Of a DNA stretch of 64,000 nucleotides, positions 52,637-62,334 are shown in pieces; the stretch's first letter is position 1, and each line of letters starts with the position of its first letter. This stretch comes from Actinomycetes bacterium. GTDB lineage: Bacteria; Actinomycetota; Thermoleophilia; BMS3ABIN01. Where the stretch lies: positions 3,638-67,637 of the forward strand of contig JAJYLW010000008.1 of NCBI GenBank assembly GCA_021787475.1, read 5' to 3'. A model generated the notes under the pieces. It had not been told where the DNA came from. It was given only the letters and a program-made list of their open reading frames with translations, and searched no databases. The position numbers and the translations under genes are program-made.

Positions 52637-54382
52637 TTATGCCTGCGCCCCTGTCCCCAGGGAAGGTCCGCCATTATACTCGGATTCCAATTTCTTTATC
52701 GCGGCGGCGCTATAATAACAATAAAAAGCTCCATCATCAAGCGTGCTATCGGCGGCTGAGACCGCCTTTCCCCAATAGCTGCCCTTCCCCGGCTTGTTCC
52801 AAAAGATGATGACGACGCGATAACTGCCGTGGGCATTTTGTATCTCCTGGGCAACGTCACTGACTGTCTTAACCCGATAGACTTTCTTCATCGTCAAGGA
52901 AACAGGCTGGGGCGGATGATAAGGAACCTCCATGTCCGGCGAAAAAACCACATCATCAGCCACCGTATGTTTATTTGTAACATCAGCAACATGATACCAA
53001 AAGGTATTCTTTGGGTTAAAAAAGTGATCGTATTCGGGGCTGGCCTGGGCAATGGAAAAGCCGGCCAGGATAAAAGCGCCAATGATGGCGGTAAACATAT
53101 ACTTGAAAGAGCCGGCCTCTTTTTTTGACCTGACCGCCATCACCAGGGACACCGGAATCAATACAAAGGGAACGGTGGCAAAGGGAACGGATAGTTTGAG
53201 CACCGAAAAACTGTGAACAGCGGAGTGGTTTAAAAAAGCTAATATCTGCAGGATGCACGGCACTGTAATAATGAACGAAAGGCGCGCAATCGATTGAATT
53301 GCGGGCGCCACAGCCCGTTTCTGCCGTTTCCTCCAATTGACAAAAAAGTATATTCCAATGGAAAACAAAACAGTGATGGCAATGACGGCCAATCCGAAGA
53401 GGCCATAGCCTTCTTTCGCCCACCTGGCGATATGGTGGAGATAGCCGCCGCTTCCGGCACCAAGCTCGCTGGTGGAACCGTTCAGTCCGGACCGCACGAC
53501 ATATTTGTGCTTTATCCACTCGGCAGCATTCTCAAGGTCTCCCCACATCATCGCGGTTACTTGGATCAAAAATACAAATATGGCGGCCAGCGGCGGCGTC
53601 GCGAACTTAAGACTGTCTTTGAAAAAATCTTTCCTGGGACGGAAGCGGATCTCTCCGAAGAATAACCTGTCTAAATAAAAAATGAAGGCGATAAAAACAA
53701 AAAACCAATCGGTAAAGGTCCCGTAGAAAAAGACAAGGGCCTGAAGCAAATCAACGATTGACCGGAAGCGGCCCCGGCGGCCTTCCCTGACCACTTCCAG
53801 AAACACCACCAAGACAAAAGGCAAGATCACGGCCTGGTCCGTAAAAAAGGAATTCTGAAAATAATAAAAGGGCTCGGGTAAAAAAAGTTCCAGCAAGATA
53901 GGAATCAAGGCAAACAGGAATGCATGGTTTGCACGAAGCTGCAAACGTCTCAGAAAAAAGAAAACGGTCAAAGAGAGAAAGAGCGTGACCAGGAAGCCGT
54001 TAACAAGATCATAAGACATAACCAAACCGACCGAGGGCGCGTGATTCATTATTTCGCTGATCAGAAAAACCGGAATTACAGCCCCGGACGGATATGAAAG
54101 GTACGGCATGCGGCTAAATTGTGTTGACAGTTCTGGGGATTTAGGCAGTTCGTAAAGGCCAAACCTGAGGTGCCAAATTCCTTCTCTATACCAGTTATCT
54201 GTAAATATTACAGTGCTGGCGGTTAGCCAGTCATGATTCTGGCCGGAATAAAACCCGAACCACGGCCGCCGCAGCTCAACGGCAAGAAAAAAAGTGAAGC
54301 AGTTATTACAATCAAACCCAGGCAGGCAATGGTCTTGGATTTTTCGGTAACAAATGTCATCATTTTGAAACAATAATAGCAA
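52637..54382 (-). CDS. low-GC polytopic membrane protein with a C-terminal extracytoplasmic domain; probable frameshift near the N-terminus
   Basis: 581-aa ORF with many TM segments and no catalytic motif recognised. The ORF start is a TTG with no hydrophobic N-terminus. An overlapping frame (54363..54223) encodes MMTFVTEKSKTIACLGLIVITASLFFLPLS.... The two frames meet at an A7/T7 homopolymer at 54287..54293. Confidence 0.5.
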   Translation of the reverse strand: MLLLFQNDDICYRKIQDHCLPGFDCNNCFTFFLAVELRRPWFGFYSGQNHDWLTASTVIFTDNWYREGIWHLRFGLYELPKSPELSTQFSRMPYLSYPSGAVIPVFLISEIMNHAPSVGLVMSYDLVNGFLVTLFLSLTVFFFLRRLQLRANHAFLFALIPILLELFLPEPFYYFQNSFFTDQAVILPFVLVVFLEVVREGRRGRFRSIVDLLQALVFFYGTFTDWFFVFIAFIFYLDRLFFGEIRFRPRKDFFKDSLKFATPPLAAIFVFLIQVTAMMWGDLENAAEWIKHKYVVRSGLNGSTSELGAGSGGYLHHIARWAKEGYGLFGLAVIAITVLFSIGIYFFVNWRKRQKRAVAPAIQSIARLSFIITVPCILQILAFLNHSAVHSFSVLKLSVPFATVPFVLIPVSLVMAVRSKKEAGSFKYMFTAIIGAFILAGFSIAQASPEYDHFFNPKNTFWYHVADVTNKHTVADDVVFSPDMEVPYHPPQPVSLTMKKVYRVKTVSDVAQEIQNAHGSYRVVIIFWNKPGKGSYWGKAVSAADSTLDDGAFYCYYSAAAIKKLESEYNGGPSLGTGAQA

Positions 54383-54514
54383 AGCTGATACGTGTCAAGG
54401 TGGAGCGCCGGCACCCTGAAAAAAGGGCGGCCCGGAAAAAGCCGCCCTTCACTTTCAATTCGATTCTCCGAGCCCCCTGGGATAAGCTCTTTCTTCGTTT
54501 TTACGGATAAGTGT

Positions 54515-56929
54515 TTACGGATAAGTGTAGGTCGTTCCGCAGTTATCCTGGGCCGCAGCATGCATCGATGTCAGGAATGAGCCGACCCCGGTCGGGACAT
54601 TGTAGATTAGCGTCACAGGTGCGGAACTGCCGGCGCTGATATTGCCGACGCTGGCTGGAACGGCAGAGAGCATGGACACGCCATTGGAGCCGGACGCGCT
54701 CATGATCTGGACACTATCAGCATCATTGCCCCCAGCATTACCAATCACAAACGTGACCGACAGGCGCCCGGCTGAATAATCGCTTAAAGAGGCCCAAGAA
54801 GCCTGGTATGACTGAATATCCAGGCTAGGCTTGCCGCCATTGCAAGCAGTGTAAGCATAAACGCCGCCGCCGTACGTGCCGGCAAAAACAGTGTTTTGGG
54901 CGTTGGCGTTTTGGGAGGCGGCCAGCGCGTTGATAGTGGTATTGCCAAGGCCGCTGTTTACTGCGTCCCAGTTGCCGCCGCCGTCAACTGACTGAAAGAC
55001 GCCGCCGCCGTAAGTGCCGGCAAAGATGGCGCCGTCTTTGGCAAAGTTTGCGGAGATCGCCAGCGACGTCACCTCAAGGTTGGCGATCCCGGCGCTGGCG
55101 CTGCTCCAGATGCCGCCGCCATCGGTTGATTTAAAGACGCCGCCCCCCCAGGTGCCGGCGAAGACAGTTCCGTCAGCGGAAAAGCCCGGCGAGAGGGCAA
55201 GTGCATAAATATTCGTGCCCGAAAGCCCGGTATTCACAGGAGCCCAGTTGCCGCCCCCGTTTGTGGATTTAACGACGCCGCCCCCGTTGGTGCCGGCAAA
55301 AATGGTATGGTCCGCGCTAAAGTTCGGCGAAATTGCCAAAGCGGAAATGGCGTAGCCGCCGCTCGGGTAAACCCGGGCCCAGCTTGTTCCTCCATTGGTT
55401 GTCAGGTAAACGCCATCGACGCTGCCGGCAAATGCCGTGTTGTCCGCTGCGAAGTCCGGAGAAAGCGCCAGCGCCACAATATACATGTTTGCGAAACCGG
55501 TGCTGGCGGGACTCCAGCTGCCGCCCCTGTTGGTCGATTTATAGACGCCTTTTCCGTACGCGCCGGCAAAGACGGTGCCGTCGGCCGCAAAGTTGGGCGA
55601 TACTGCCAGCGCATCGAAATATGCGTTCGCGGGAAGCCCGCCGTTTTCAGCGTTCCAGCTACTGCCGCCGTCAATCGATTTAAAGATGCCAGCCCCGTTG
55701 GGGGCGGAAAAAACCGTGCTGTCGGTGAGAAAATTCGGCGAAACCGTCAAGGAGTAGACATATGTATTGTTGATGCCGACGCTGGCCGCACTCCAACCGG
55801 CGCCGCCGTTTGTTGTCTTGAAGACGCCGCCGCCGCGGCTGCCGGCAAACAAAGTCTGGTCGGCGCCAAAGTTTGGCGATGGCGCCAGCGCAAGGATAAA
55901 AGTGTTGCTGAGGCCGCTGTTTACCGCACTCCAGTCAGAACCGCCGTCGGCCGATTTATAAATGCCGGAATTGGTGGCAACTGCGAAGACAACGTTATCG
56001 CTGGCAAAGTTGGGTGAGACCGCCAGCGAGACAATGTTTGCGGGCAGCCCATTGTTCGCCGCGCTCCAACCGCCGCCGCCGTTTATTGTCTTAAAGACGC
56101 CGCCGCCCCAGGTGCCGGCAAACAATGTTTTGTCAGTAGCAAACCCAGGCGATATGGACAACCACGTTATATTCTGGTTGACAAGGCCGGAGTTTTCGGC
56201 GTTCCAGTTGGCGCCGCCATCAGTTGATGCGTAGACGCCGCCGCCGTAAGTGCCGGCGAAGACAGTATGGTCGGAACTAAAGCCAGGTGAGAACGCAAGC
56301 CCGAAGATATCCATGTTTGCCGGCAGCCCGCCGCCGACAGCGTTCCAGCTTGCGCCCCCATCGGTCGACTCAAAGAGGCCGGCGGCAGTGCCGGCAAAGA
56401 CAGTGTGATCAGAGCTGAATCCCGGCGAGACGGCCAGCGAATCAACGCTGCTGTTTGAAAGGCCGCTGCTGGCCGCGGCCCAGTTTGATCCGCCATCGAC
56501 AGATTTGAAAATTCCGCCGCCGGAACCGGCAAAGATAGTTTTGTCTGCGGGAAAGTCGGGCGAGGCGGCCAGAGAAGTGAAATTCGCGCCAGCCGGCAGT
56601 CCGCTGCCGGCAGCCGCCCAACTGGCGCCGGCGTCAGTCGACTTGTAAATCTGACTGGCTGTGGCAACGAACAGGCTGTTGTCGGTGGCAAACCCTGGCG
56701 AAACTGCGACGGCCTTAATAGTGCCGCCAAAAGGACCGTTGGTTGTCCATTGATTTATTCCTGCCAGGCCCGTCTGGGGCGAGCCGGAAACCGCCATGAA
56801 GACGAGCATAAAAAAACCGGCAAGAACCCTGAATGTCCACGAATCGCCGACATGTCTCCCCCCGTCCCGCCGGGCATTTTTTTTCTCGATCGACTGCGCA
56901 CAGCCGCCAATTCTTTTAATTACCCTCAT
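54515..56929 (-). CDS. secreted BNR/Asp-box (Ycf48/sialidase-like) beta-propeller repeat protein with a C-terminal Ig/CARDB-like domain
   Basis: I chose the start MRVIKRIG... at 56929. The ORF is open to 57061. An N-terminal hydrophobic segment is followed by ~14 tandem ~40-aa units of the form FAGTxGGGVFKSTDGGxSWxAxNSGL. The C-terminal ~105 aa end in TTYTYP and are homologous to the C-terminus of the gene at 29347..30639. Confidence 0.75.
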   Translation of the reverse strand: MRVIKRIGGCAQSIEKKNARRDGGRHVGDSWTFRVLAGFFMLVFMAVSGSPQTGLAGINQWTTNGPFGGTIKAVAVSPGFATDNSLFVATASQIYKSTDAGASWAAAGSGLPAGANFTSLAASPDFPADKTIFAGSGGGIFKSVDGGSNWAAASSGLSNSSVDSLAVSPGFSSDHTVFAGTAAGLFESTDGGASWNAVGGGLPANMDIFGLAFSPGFSSDHTVFAGTYGGGVYASTDGGANWNAENSGLVNQNITWLSISPGFATDKTLFAGTWGGGVFKTINGGGGWSAANNGLPANIVSLAVSPNFASDNVVFAVATNSGIYKSADGGSDWSAVNSGLSNTFILALAPSPNFGADQTLFAGSRGGGVFKTTNGGAGWSAASVGINNTYVYSLTVSPNFLTDSTVFSAPNGAGIFKSIDGGSSWNAENGGLPANAYFDALAVSPNFAADGTVFAGAYGKGVYKSTNRGGSWSPASTGFANMYIVALALSPDFAADNTAFAGSVDGVYLTTNGGTSWARVYPSGGYAISALAISPNFSADHTIFAGTNGGGVVKSTNGGGNWAPVNTGLSGTNIYALALSPGFSADGTVFAGTWGGGVFKSTDGGGIWSSASAGIANLEVTSLAISANFAKDGAIFAGTYGGGVFQSVDGGGNWDAVNSGLGNTTINALAASQNANAQNTVFAGTYGGGVYAYTACNGGKPSLDIQSYQASWASLSDYSAGRLSVTFVIGNAGGNDADSVQIMSASGSNGVSMLSAVPASVGNISAGSSAPVTLIYNVPTGVGSFLTSMHAAAQDNCGTTYTYP

Positions 56930-57522
56930 TCCCCATCCCCTCAGTGGTTGTAATTGAAAAAATTGCAGGAATTTTATTGTACAACAATATAAATGTATGT
57001 CAATCGCAAAACGTTTATTGGAAGACGGCAGGATGCGCTGTTCTGCGGGTTTTCCCGGCATTATCCAGATGAAACCGACCGTCCTGGTCTGTCCGTTGAC
57101 ATGGAAATCACACGCATATATCTCCGGCCCAGATCGGCATATGATTTTGACCTCAATGCCTCGATATTCTCCCGGGGCGATTCCCGCATTCAGGCTTCAG
57201 GGATCATTGACATTTTTAATCTTTTCTGCCGTGACGTCCAGCCGGAAGCGGAAGAAAGAGTGAATTGTCTGGCCGGAACCGTTGACCCCCGCCACGCCCA
57301 TTGGTGCCAGAACAGCGAGCTGCTTCCCTGCTACCGAGCGGAATGCTCCAGCAGCGTGGACTTGCATGTGGCCGCTCTTCCTGTGATGAAGATGTTGGCG
57401 CCGGAGCCCTTCATCATTTCGAGAACCCAGGTGGCTGTCAAAATGGCTGTCAAATTGAGAAAAAGCTGCTTTTTTCGAGCAGTCAATTTCCCTGAAATAA
57501 TCAGATTTGCAGGATATCTGAC

Positions 57523-57598
57523 TGGAGCCGACGTGCGGAATCGAACCGCAGACCTGCTCATTACGAGTGAGCTGCTCTACCAGCTGAGCTACGTCGGC
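57523..57598 (-). tRNA. tRNA-Thr (anticodon CGT)
   Basis: GCCGACGTAGCTCAGCTGGTAGAGCAGCTCACTCGTAATGAGCAGGTCTGCGGTTCGATTCCGCACGTCGGCTCCA. Confidence 0.9.
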
Positions 57599-57763
57599 AA
57601 AAAAGCGGATGGCAGATGGTGGATATTGGATGGTGGATTAAGCCATCCAATTTAGAGCCATTATGATGATTTATTATAACGGACCGGCAGACAGCGTTGA
57701 AATTTATGTTATGAACACCACTTTGCTCAAATCCAGGTTCAATCTACCATCAACAATCCACCG

Positions 57764-58930
57764 TCAGCCCGTTGCCAACTCGCGGTAGAGGTCAAGGGTT
57801 TTTGCGGCGGCGGTCTCCCAGGAGAACATCGCCGTCCGGGCCAGCCCCCGTTTGCGCAGGCGCTGGCGAAGGTTGTCATTGGTCAGCACTTCCGTGATGG
57901 CGGCGCTGATCGCCGCTGAACGGGGCGCAACCAGCAAGCCGCCGTCGCCCACCACCTCTGGCAGCGAGGACGAATTTGAGCAGATTACCGGCGTGCCACA
58001 AGCCATTGCCTCGAGGGGCGGCAGGCCGAAGCCCTCATACAATGAGGGGAAACAAAACAGGGAAGCCGCCGTATAGAGCGCCGGCAGATCCGGCTCCTCG
58101 ATAAACCCGGTGAATTGAACCAGTTCGCCCACACCGCGGCGGACCGCTTCCTTTTGGACATCAGCCCAGTCGCCGCTTTTCTCGCCAGCCAGCACCAGCC
58201 TGTAATGTGATCTGATCTTGGCCGACAAGGCGGAGTAGGCGCTCACCAGAGTGGCCGGATTCTTGTGCGCGATAAACTCTCCCAGCCAGAGGATATGCGG
58301 CCGGCCGATTCCGTATTTCGCGCAAACCGCCGCCACCTCTTCCTCGCTGCGGGGGCCGAACTCGTGCCCGACGCCATCGAGGATGACCGAGACCTTCCCC
58401 AGTGACAAGCCGAAATGCGCCAGCAGATAGGATTGGGATACAGTTGACACCGTGATAATATGATCCGCTTTGCCAATGGCGTCGGCAAGCAGCCCTTTGT
58501 AGGTGCGCCGGGTCCAAAAGCTGGGGATGCTCTTGGGGAACAGCAGCGGGATAATGTCATGGGCGGTGACCAGCAGCGGGCAGTTCAGGTTGCTGGGCGC
58601 GACCACGTATGGAGTGTGAAAGAGCTGGCAGCCGGTTTTATTTACAATTTGACCGATCTTTGCTAAGTTACGGGGAGAGAAAATTTCCTCGTTTAAGGCA
58701 ACCTTGATGAAGTTGTCAGCGGCAGGAATGCGGTCAACGGTGTCATCGTTGTAAAAACAGATTACCTGCAAGTCGGGGACCTGGGCAAACTGCTTGAGCA
58801 TGTTGCGAGAGTAGGTCCCGATCCCCCGCCAGGCAATCATGCGCGCGTCAAAACCGACTCTCAAACGATCCCTCCCGTAATTTGAAATGGCAGGCTGAGC
58901 GGATCCAGTTACCGGAAACCTGGCAACCAA
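57764..58930 (-). CDS. GT4 family glycosyltransferase (glycosyl transferases group 1)
   Basis: 388 aa. C-terminal GT4 signature ...FCFPSLYEGFGLPPLEAMACGTPVICSNSSSLPEVVGDGGLLV.... The start is uncertain. Confidence 0.85.
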   Translation of the reverse strand: MVARFPVTGSAQPAISNYGRDRLRVGFDARMIAWRGIGTYSRNMLKQFAQVPDLQVICFYNDDTVDRIPAADNFIKVALNEEIFSPRNLAKIGQIVNKTGCQLFHTPYVVAPSNLNCPLLVTAHDIIPLLFPKSIPSFWTRRTYKGLLADAIGKADHIITVSTVSQSYLLAHFGLSLGKVSVILDGVGHEFGPRSEEEVAAVCAKYGIGRPHILWLGEFIAHKNPATLVSAYSALSAKIRSHYRLVLAGEKSGDWADVQKEAVRRGVGELVQFTGFIEEPDLPALYTAASLFCFPSLYEGFGLPPLEAMACGTPVICSNSSSLPEVVGDGGLLVAPRSAAISAAITEVLTNDNLRQRLRKRGLARTAMFSWETAAAKTLDLYRELATG

Positions 58931-59025
58931 CTCAAAATCATATTCGTGGCAGCCGGCTGAAAACAGTCAATCGCGAACAATTCTTTTAGGTCAGTTGCCA
59001 AATGAGGAGTTCTGCCATTCCCTCA

Positions 59026-62000
59026 TTAACCCTTCCCGGCCGGCAGCGCCTCCGAGATAAAAGCGCGAATCTGATCCACCCGGAAAGGTTTGGCTATTAC
59101 TGTATCAATTTTGCATGCCTTTATCCTGGCCGGATCGAGCTGGTCTCCCCAGCCGGTGACGAGCACCACCGGCGTGGCGGGACTTATACCCTTGATCCTC
59201 TCGGCAACTTCCCAGCCGGACATTCCCGGCATGCCCATGTCAGTGAAAACGAGATCGAAAGCCGGCGGCGATGAGGAGCAGGCATTGGCAAACATTTCCA
59301 CCCCCGCCTGACCGTTATCAACGGCCTCCACGTCATGGTTCATCCCTTTAAGGATGTCAACGAGGAGGTCGCGGATCATGACAGCGTCGTCGATTACCAG
59401 CAGCCGCGCCGGGCGTGTCGCGCCTGATGTTTCTGCCGGCTGCAACCCCCGCTCTTCGCTTCCCGCAGCCAAAGCCGGCAGCCGCACCATAAAAACTGTG
59501 CCAATGCCGCGGCTGCTTTCAACGCTGATCTCGCCATGGTGGCGGTTGACAATACCATAGGCGACGCTGAGCCCCAGACCACTGCCAGCAGCTCCCTTGG
59601 TGGTGAAAAAAGGTTCAAAAATCCGGCGGCGGACATCATCGTTCATGCCGCGACCGTTGTCGGCCACCAGCACTTCGACCCGGCCGCCGCTGGTTCGGGT
59701 TGTGATCGAGATCTCGCCGCCGCCGGCAAGCGCATCGGCAGCGTTCAGGAGCAGGTTGACAAACACTTCACCCAGCTCTGCCTCATTTCCTTTGACAAGA
59801 GGAACATCAGCGATATCAAGTCCGAGCTCGACGGGGGCGCTGCGCGCGTCGGCTTCGCCTTTCCAGCGGGGGCGGGCAACTTCGATCGAGTTTCTTACAA
59901 CCTCATTTATATCAACGGCGGTAAAGTGGTGTGATGTTCTCACCCGGGTAAATTCCTGAATCCGCCGCACCGTTTCCGCCGCGTCATTGGCCACCCGCTC
60001 GATTGTCCGCAGCAGCTCGCGATCATCAGCACCCGCGTTGGCGCCTGACAAAAGGAGTTGTGTATTGCCAAGGATAACGGTGAGGAAATTATTGAAATCG
60101 TGAGCGACACCGCCCGCCATCTCTCCCAGGGCCGTCAGCTTTTCTTTCTGGCTGACCTGTTCCTGCAGCCGTTCCTGCTCGGTGATGTCGCGCACCCCGT
60201 GCACTACCGCCAGTATCTCGCCGCCGTCGCCGACGATCGGATCGGCTGAGATTCTGAGCGTCCTGCCCAGTGAGGGTTCCTCGATAATCCTGGTAACGCT
60301 CTCGCGCGTCGCGACCGCCTCCCGCATCGGACAATCATCAATTGGCGCGGCGCAGCCATGAACGGCCTGAAAGCATTTTTTTCCTACCAGTTCCCGGCTG
60401 CTTGGGCCAAGCAGCCCCGCCAGCGCCTGGTTGGCGCGCAGGATTGTAAAATCGGGAGCGTGAATCGAAATGCCATCGGCCATGGCGTCGAAGGTGGCCT
60501 CCCATTCGGTTTTGGCGCTGGCAACATCGTTGAACAGGCGCGTATTGTCAACAGCTACGGCGATGGTCTTCCCCACGGCCTCCAGCAATTCCATGTCATG
60601 CCGGTTAAAATCATGCGGCTCCGCGGTCACAGTGAGCATCACCCCCAGCAGGCGGCCCTTCGAAAGAAGCGGAATCCCTGCCAGAGCCGCCAACGCCGGT
60701 GCGCCGGAGGCGCCGCCCTTGAGGCCGCCGCTTGCCGCATATTGAGTAAACATCGCTTTCCGGTTTTTTGCTATCAGGAGGACGTATCTGTCCTGTATCT
60801 GTCTCAATATCTTTTCCGGAACGCTGTCGGCGGCGCCAAGGCTGAATTCGCGGCAGTCGTCATCGCAGAGGAAGATGACGCCGCCATCGTAGTTCATTGA
60901 TTCAACCACAGAAGCAATCATTGATTGCAAAATATGCTTCAGGTCAAGCGACTTCGCGGCGTTGGCGGCGAGGGCGTTAAGAACGGCCAACTCCCGGTTG
61001 CGGCGCATGATTTCCTGTGACATTCTCTGTTCCGTGGAGACATCGCGGGCAATTGCAACTAGTGCCGCCGGCCTGCCGTCCTCTTCATTAACCTGGCTGA
61101 AAGATACAAAGACCGGGAAGCTGGCGCCGTCTGACCGGCGCCCCAGCAACTGCCCCTGCCAGCCTTCCGCTGATGACAACCGAAAAACCGGCCCCAGCAG
61201 GTCGTGATGATTTGCGCCTGACAAAAGGTCTCTGATGTTCCGGCCCGCCAGCTCCCGGCGCCGGTAACCGAAATAACCGGCGCCGGCTTTATTGATTGAG
61301 ATAATTTCGCCATCAAGGCCGGAAACGATCACGCACTCGCGGCTGCTCTCAACAGCAGCCGCCAGCAGCCTGATCTGCCGCTGCGCCTGCTTCTTGCTGG
61401 TGATGTCACGGGCGACAAACCGCCATCTGGCTATCTTTCCAGAATCGTCATATACAGGGCTGGCATGCACCTCGGTAGCAATCCCGGCGCCGGCGGCCGA
61501 GACGAAATTACGTTCACGGGTCTGGTTCTTGCCGCCGGCTTCCGGCCAGCGCAAGGCGGTGTCATCGCCCTTTTTTGTCTTTAACTCGAAATCGTGAATG
61601 TTGCCGCCGACCAGAACCCACTTGGGATAACCGAGCGCCGCCGCCATTGTCCGGTTGCATTCGGTAATCACGCCGCCGGCGTCAGTTGAATATATCCAGT
61701 CCGCCGCCCTGTCATAAAGCTCGCGGTAGCACTCCCGGGACTCAGCCAGCTGTTGATAGGCTCTGGACGTGCCGGCAATTGAGGCGGCCTGAGCAGCCAG
61801 CAGCCTCAGAAATTCAAACTCGTCGGGATCAAACTCATGCGAGGACGGTGCGCAGGCAACAAAGACGCCGAGGCGCTCTCCCCAATATTCCATCGGGGTG
61901 GCCACCGCCAGGCCTGCATTCTGCCCGGCCCCCCGGTCACAGAAAAATGTGCTCAGAAGTGGACCGAAAACCGGCTCCGGGACGGTTGTCTGGCTTCCTT

Positions 62001-62334
62001 CAACAAAAGCGCGCGCAACCGGCGTGGCCTTGAACTCCTGATCACCAAGATCAAATTGCGCCGGCACGCCATTGCCCGGCTGAGCTCCACTTATGGCAAC
62101 AATTGATAACGCGGCAGCGTCAGGATGATGGAGGAGGACTGAGCAGCTTGAATAACCGAAACCGCGGGCAACCTCGTCAACAAGCACCTTAAGCGCCCGG
62201 CCGCTGGCAAGGCTCGATATGCTTCTGGCAGTCAGCGACTGCAGCAGCTTAAGACGCCGGTTCCGTTCCTGGAGATCTTGCTCCAGTTTGCCCCTCTTTG
62301 CGGTTCCCATTTTTTTCCGGTCAGATCTTGCCAA
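59026..62334 (-). CDS. multi-sensor hybrid histidine kinase (PAS/GAF sensors, HisKA, HATPase_c, C-terminal receiver)
   Basis: ~1100 aa. H-box ...HDFNNFLTVILGNTQLL.... ATPase ...VADNGRGMNDDVRRRIFEPFFTTKGAAGSGLGLSV.... REC ...LLVIDDAVMIRDLL...DLVFTDMGMPGMSGWEV.... Confidence 0.85.
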   Translation of the reverse strand: MARSDRKKMGTAKRGKLEQDLQERNRRLKLLQSLTARSISSLASGRALKVLVDEVARGFGYSSCSVLLHHPDAAALSIVAISGAQPGNGVPAQFDLGDQEFKATPVARAFVEGSQTTVPEPVFGPLLSTFFCDRGAGQNAGLAVATPMEYWGERLGVFVACAPSSHEFDPDEFEFLRLLAAQAASIAGTSRAYQQLAESRECYRELYDRAADWIYSTDAGGVITECNRTMAAALGYPKWVLVGGNIHDFELKTKKGDDTALRWPEAGGKNQTRERNFVSAAGAGIATEVHASPVYDDSGKIARWRFVARDITSKKQAQRQIRLLAAAVESSRECVIVSGLDGEIISINKAGAGYFGYRRRELAGRNIRDLLSGANHHDLLGPVFRLSSAEGWQGQLLGRRSDGASFPVFVSFSQVNEEDGRPAALVAIARDVSTEQRMSQEIMRRNRELAVLNALAANAAKSLDLKHILQSMIASVVESMNYDGGVIFLCDDDCREFSLGAADSVPEKILRQIQDRYVLLIAKNRKAMFTQYAASGGLKGGASGAPALAALAGIPLLSKGRLLGVMLTVTAEPHDFNRHDMELLEAVGKTIAVAVDNTRLFNDVASAKTEWEATFDAMADGISIHAPDFTILRANQALAGLLGPSSRELVGKKCFQAVHGCAAPIDDCPMREAVATRESVTRIIEEPSLGRTLRISADPIVGDGGEILAVVHGVRDITEQERLQEQVSQKEKLTALGEMAGGVAHDFNNFLTVILGNTQLLLSGANAGADDRELLRTIERVANDAAETVRRIQEFTRVRTSHHFTAVDINEVVRNSIEVARPRWKGEADARSAPVELGLDIADVPLVKGNEAELGEVFVNLLLNAADALAGGGEISITTRTSGGRVEVLVADNGRGMNDDVRRRIFEPFFTTKGAAGSGLGLSVAYGIVNRHHGEISVESSRGIGTVFMVRLPALAAGSEERGLQPAETSGATRPARLLVIDDAVMIRDLLVDILKGMNHDVEAVDNGQAGVEMFANACSSSPPAFDLVFTDMGMPGMSGWEVAERIKGISPATPVVLVTGWGDQLDPARIKACKIDTVIAKPFRVDQIRAFISEALPAGKG

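Noticed and set aside
54900-56700. Regular ~120-bp DNA periodicity that could be mistaken for a CRISPR or tandem-repeat array
   Set aside because: The periodicity is entirely explained by the protein-level BNR/Asp-box repeats of one continuous 804-aa ORF. The repeats are degenerate (~60-70% nt identity). There are no unique spacers, no leader, and no cas genes.
56993-57655. 220-aa plus-strand ORF
   Set aside because: It runs through a well-formed minus-strand tRNA-Thr(CGT) gene and a promoter region. No homology features. It is a spurious read-through ORF.
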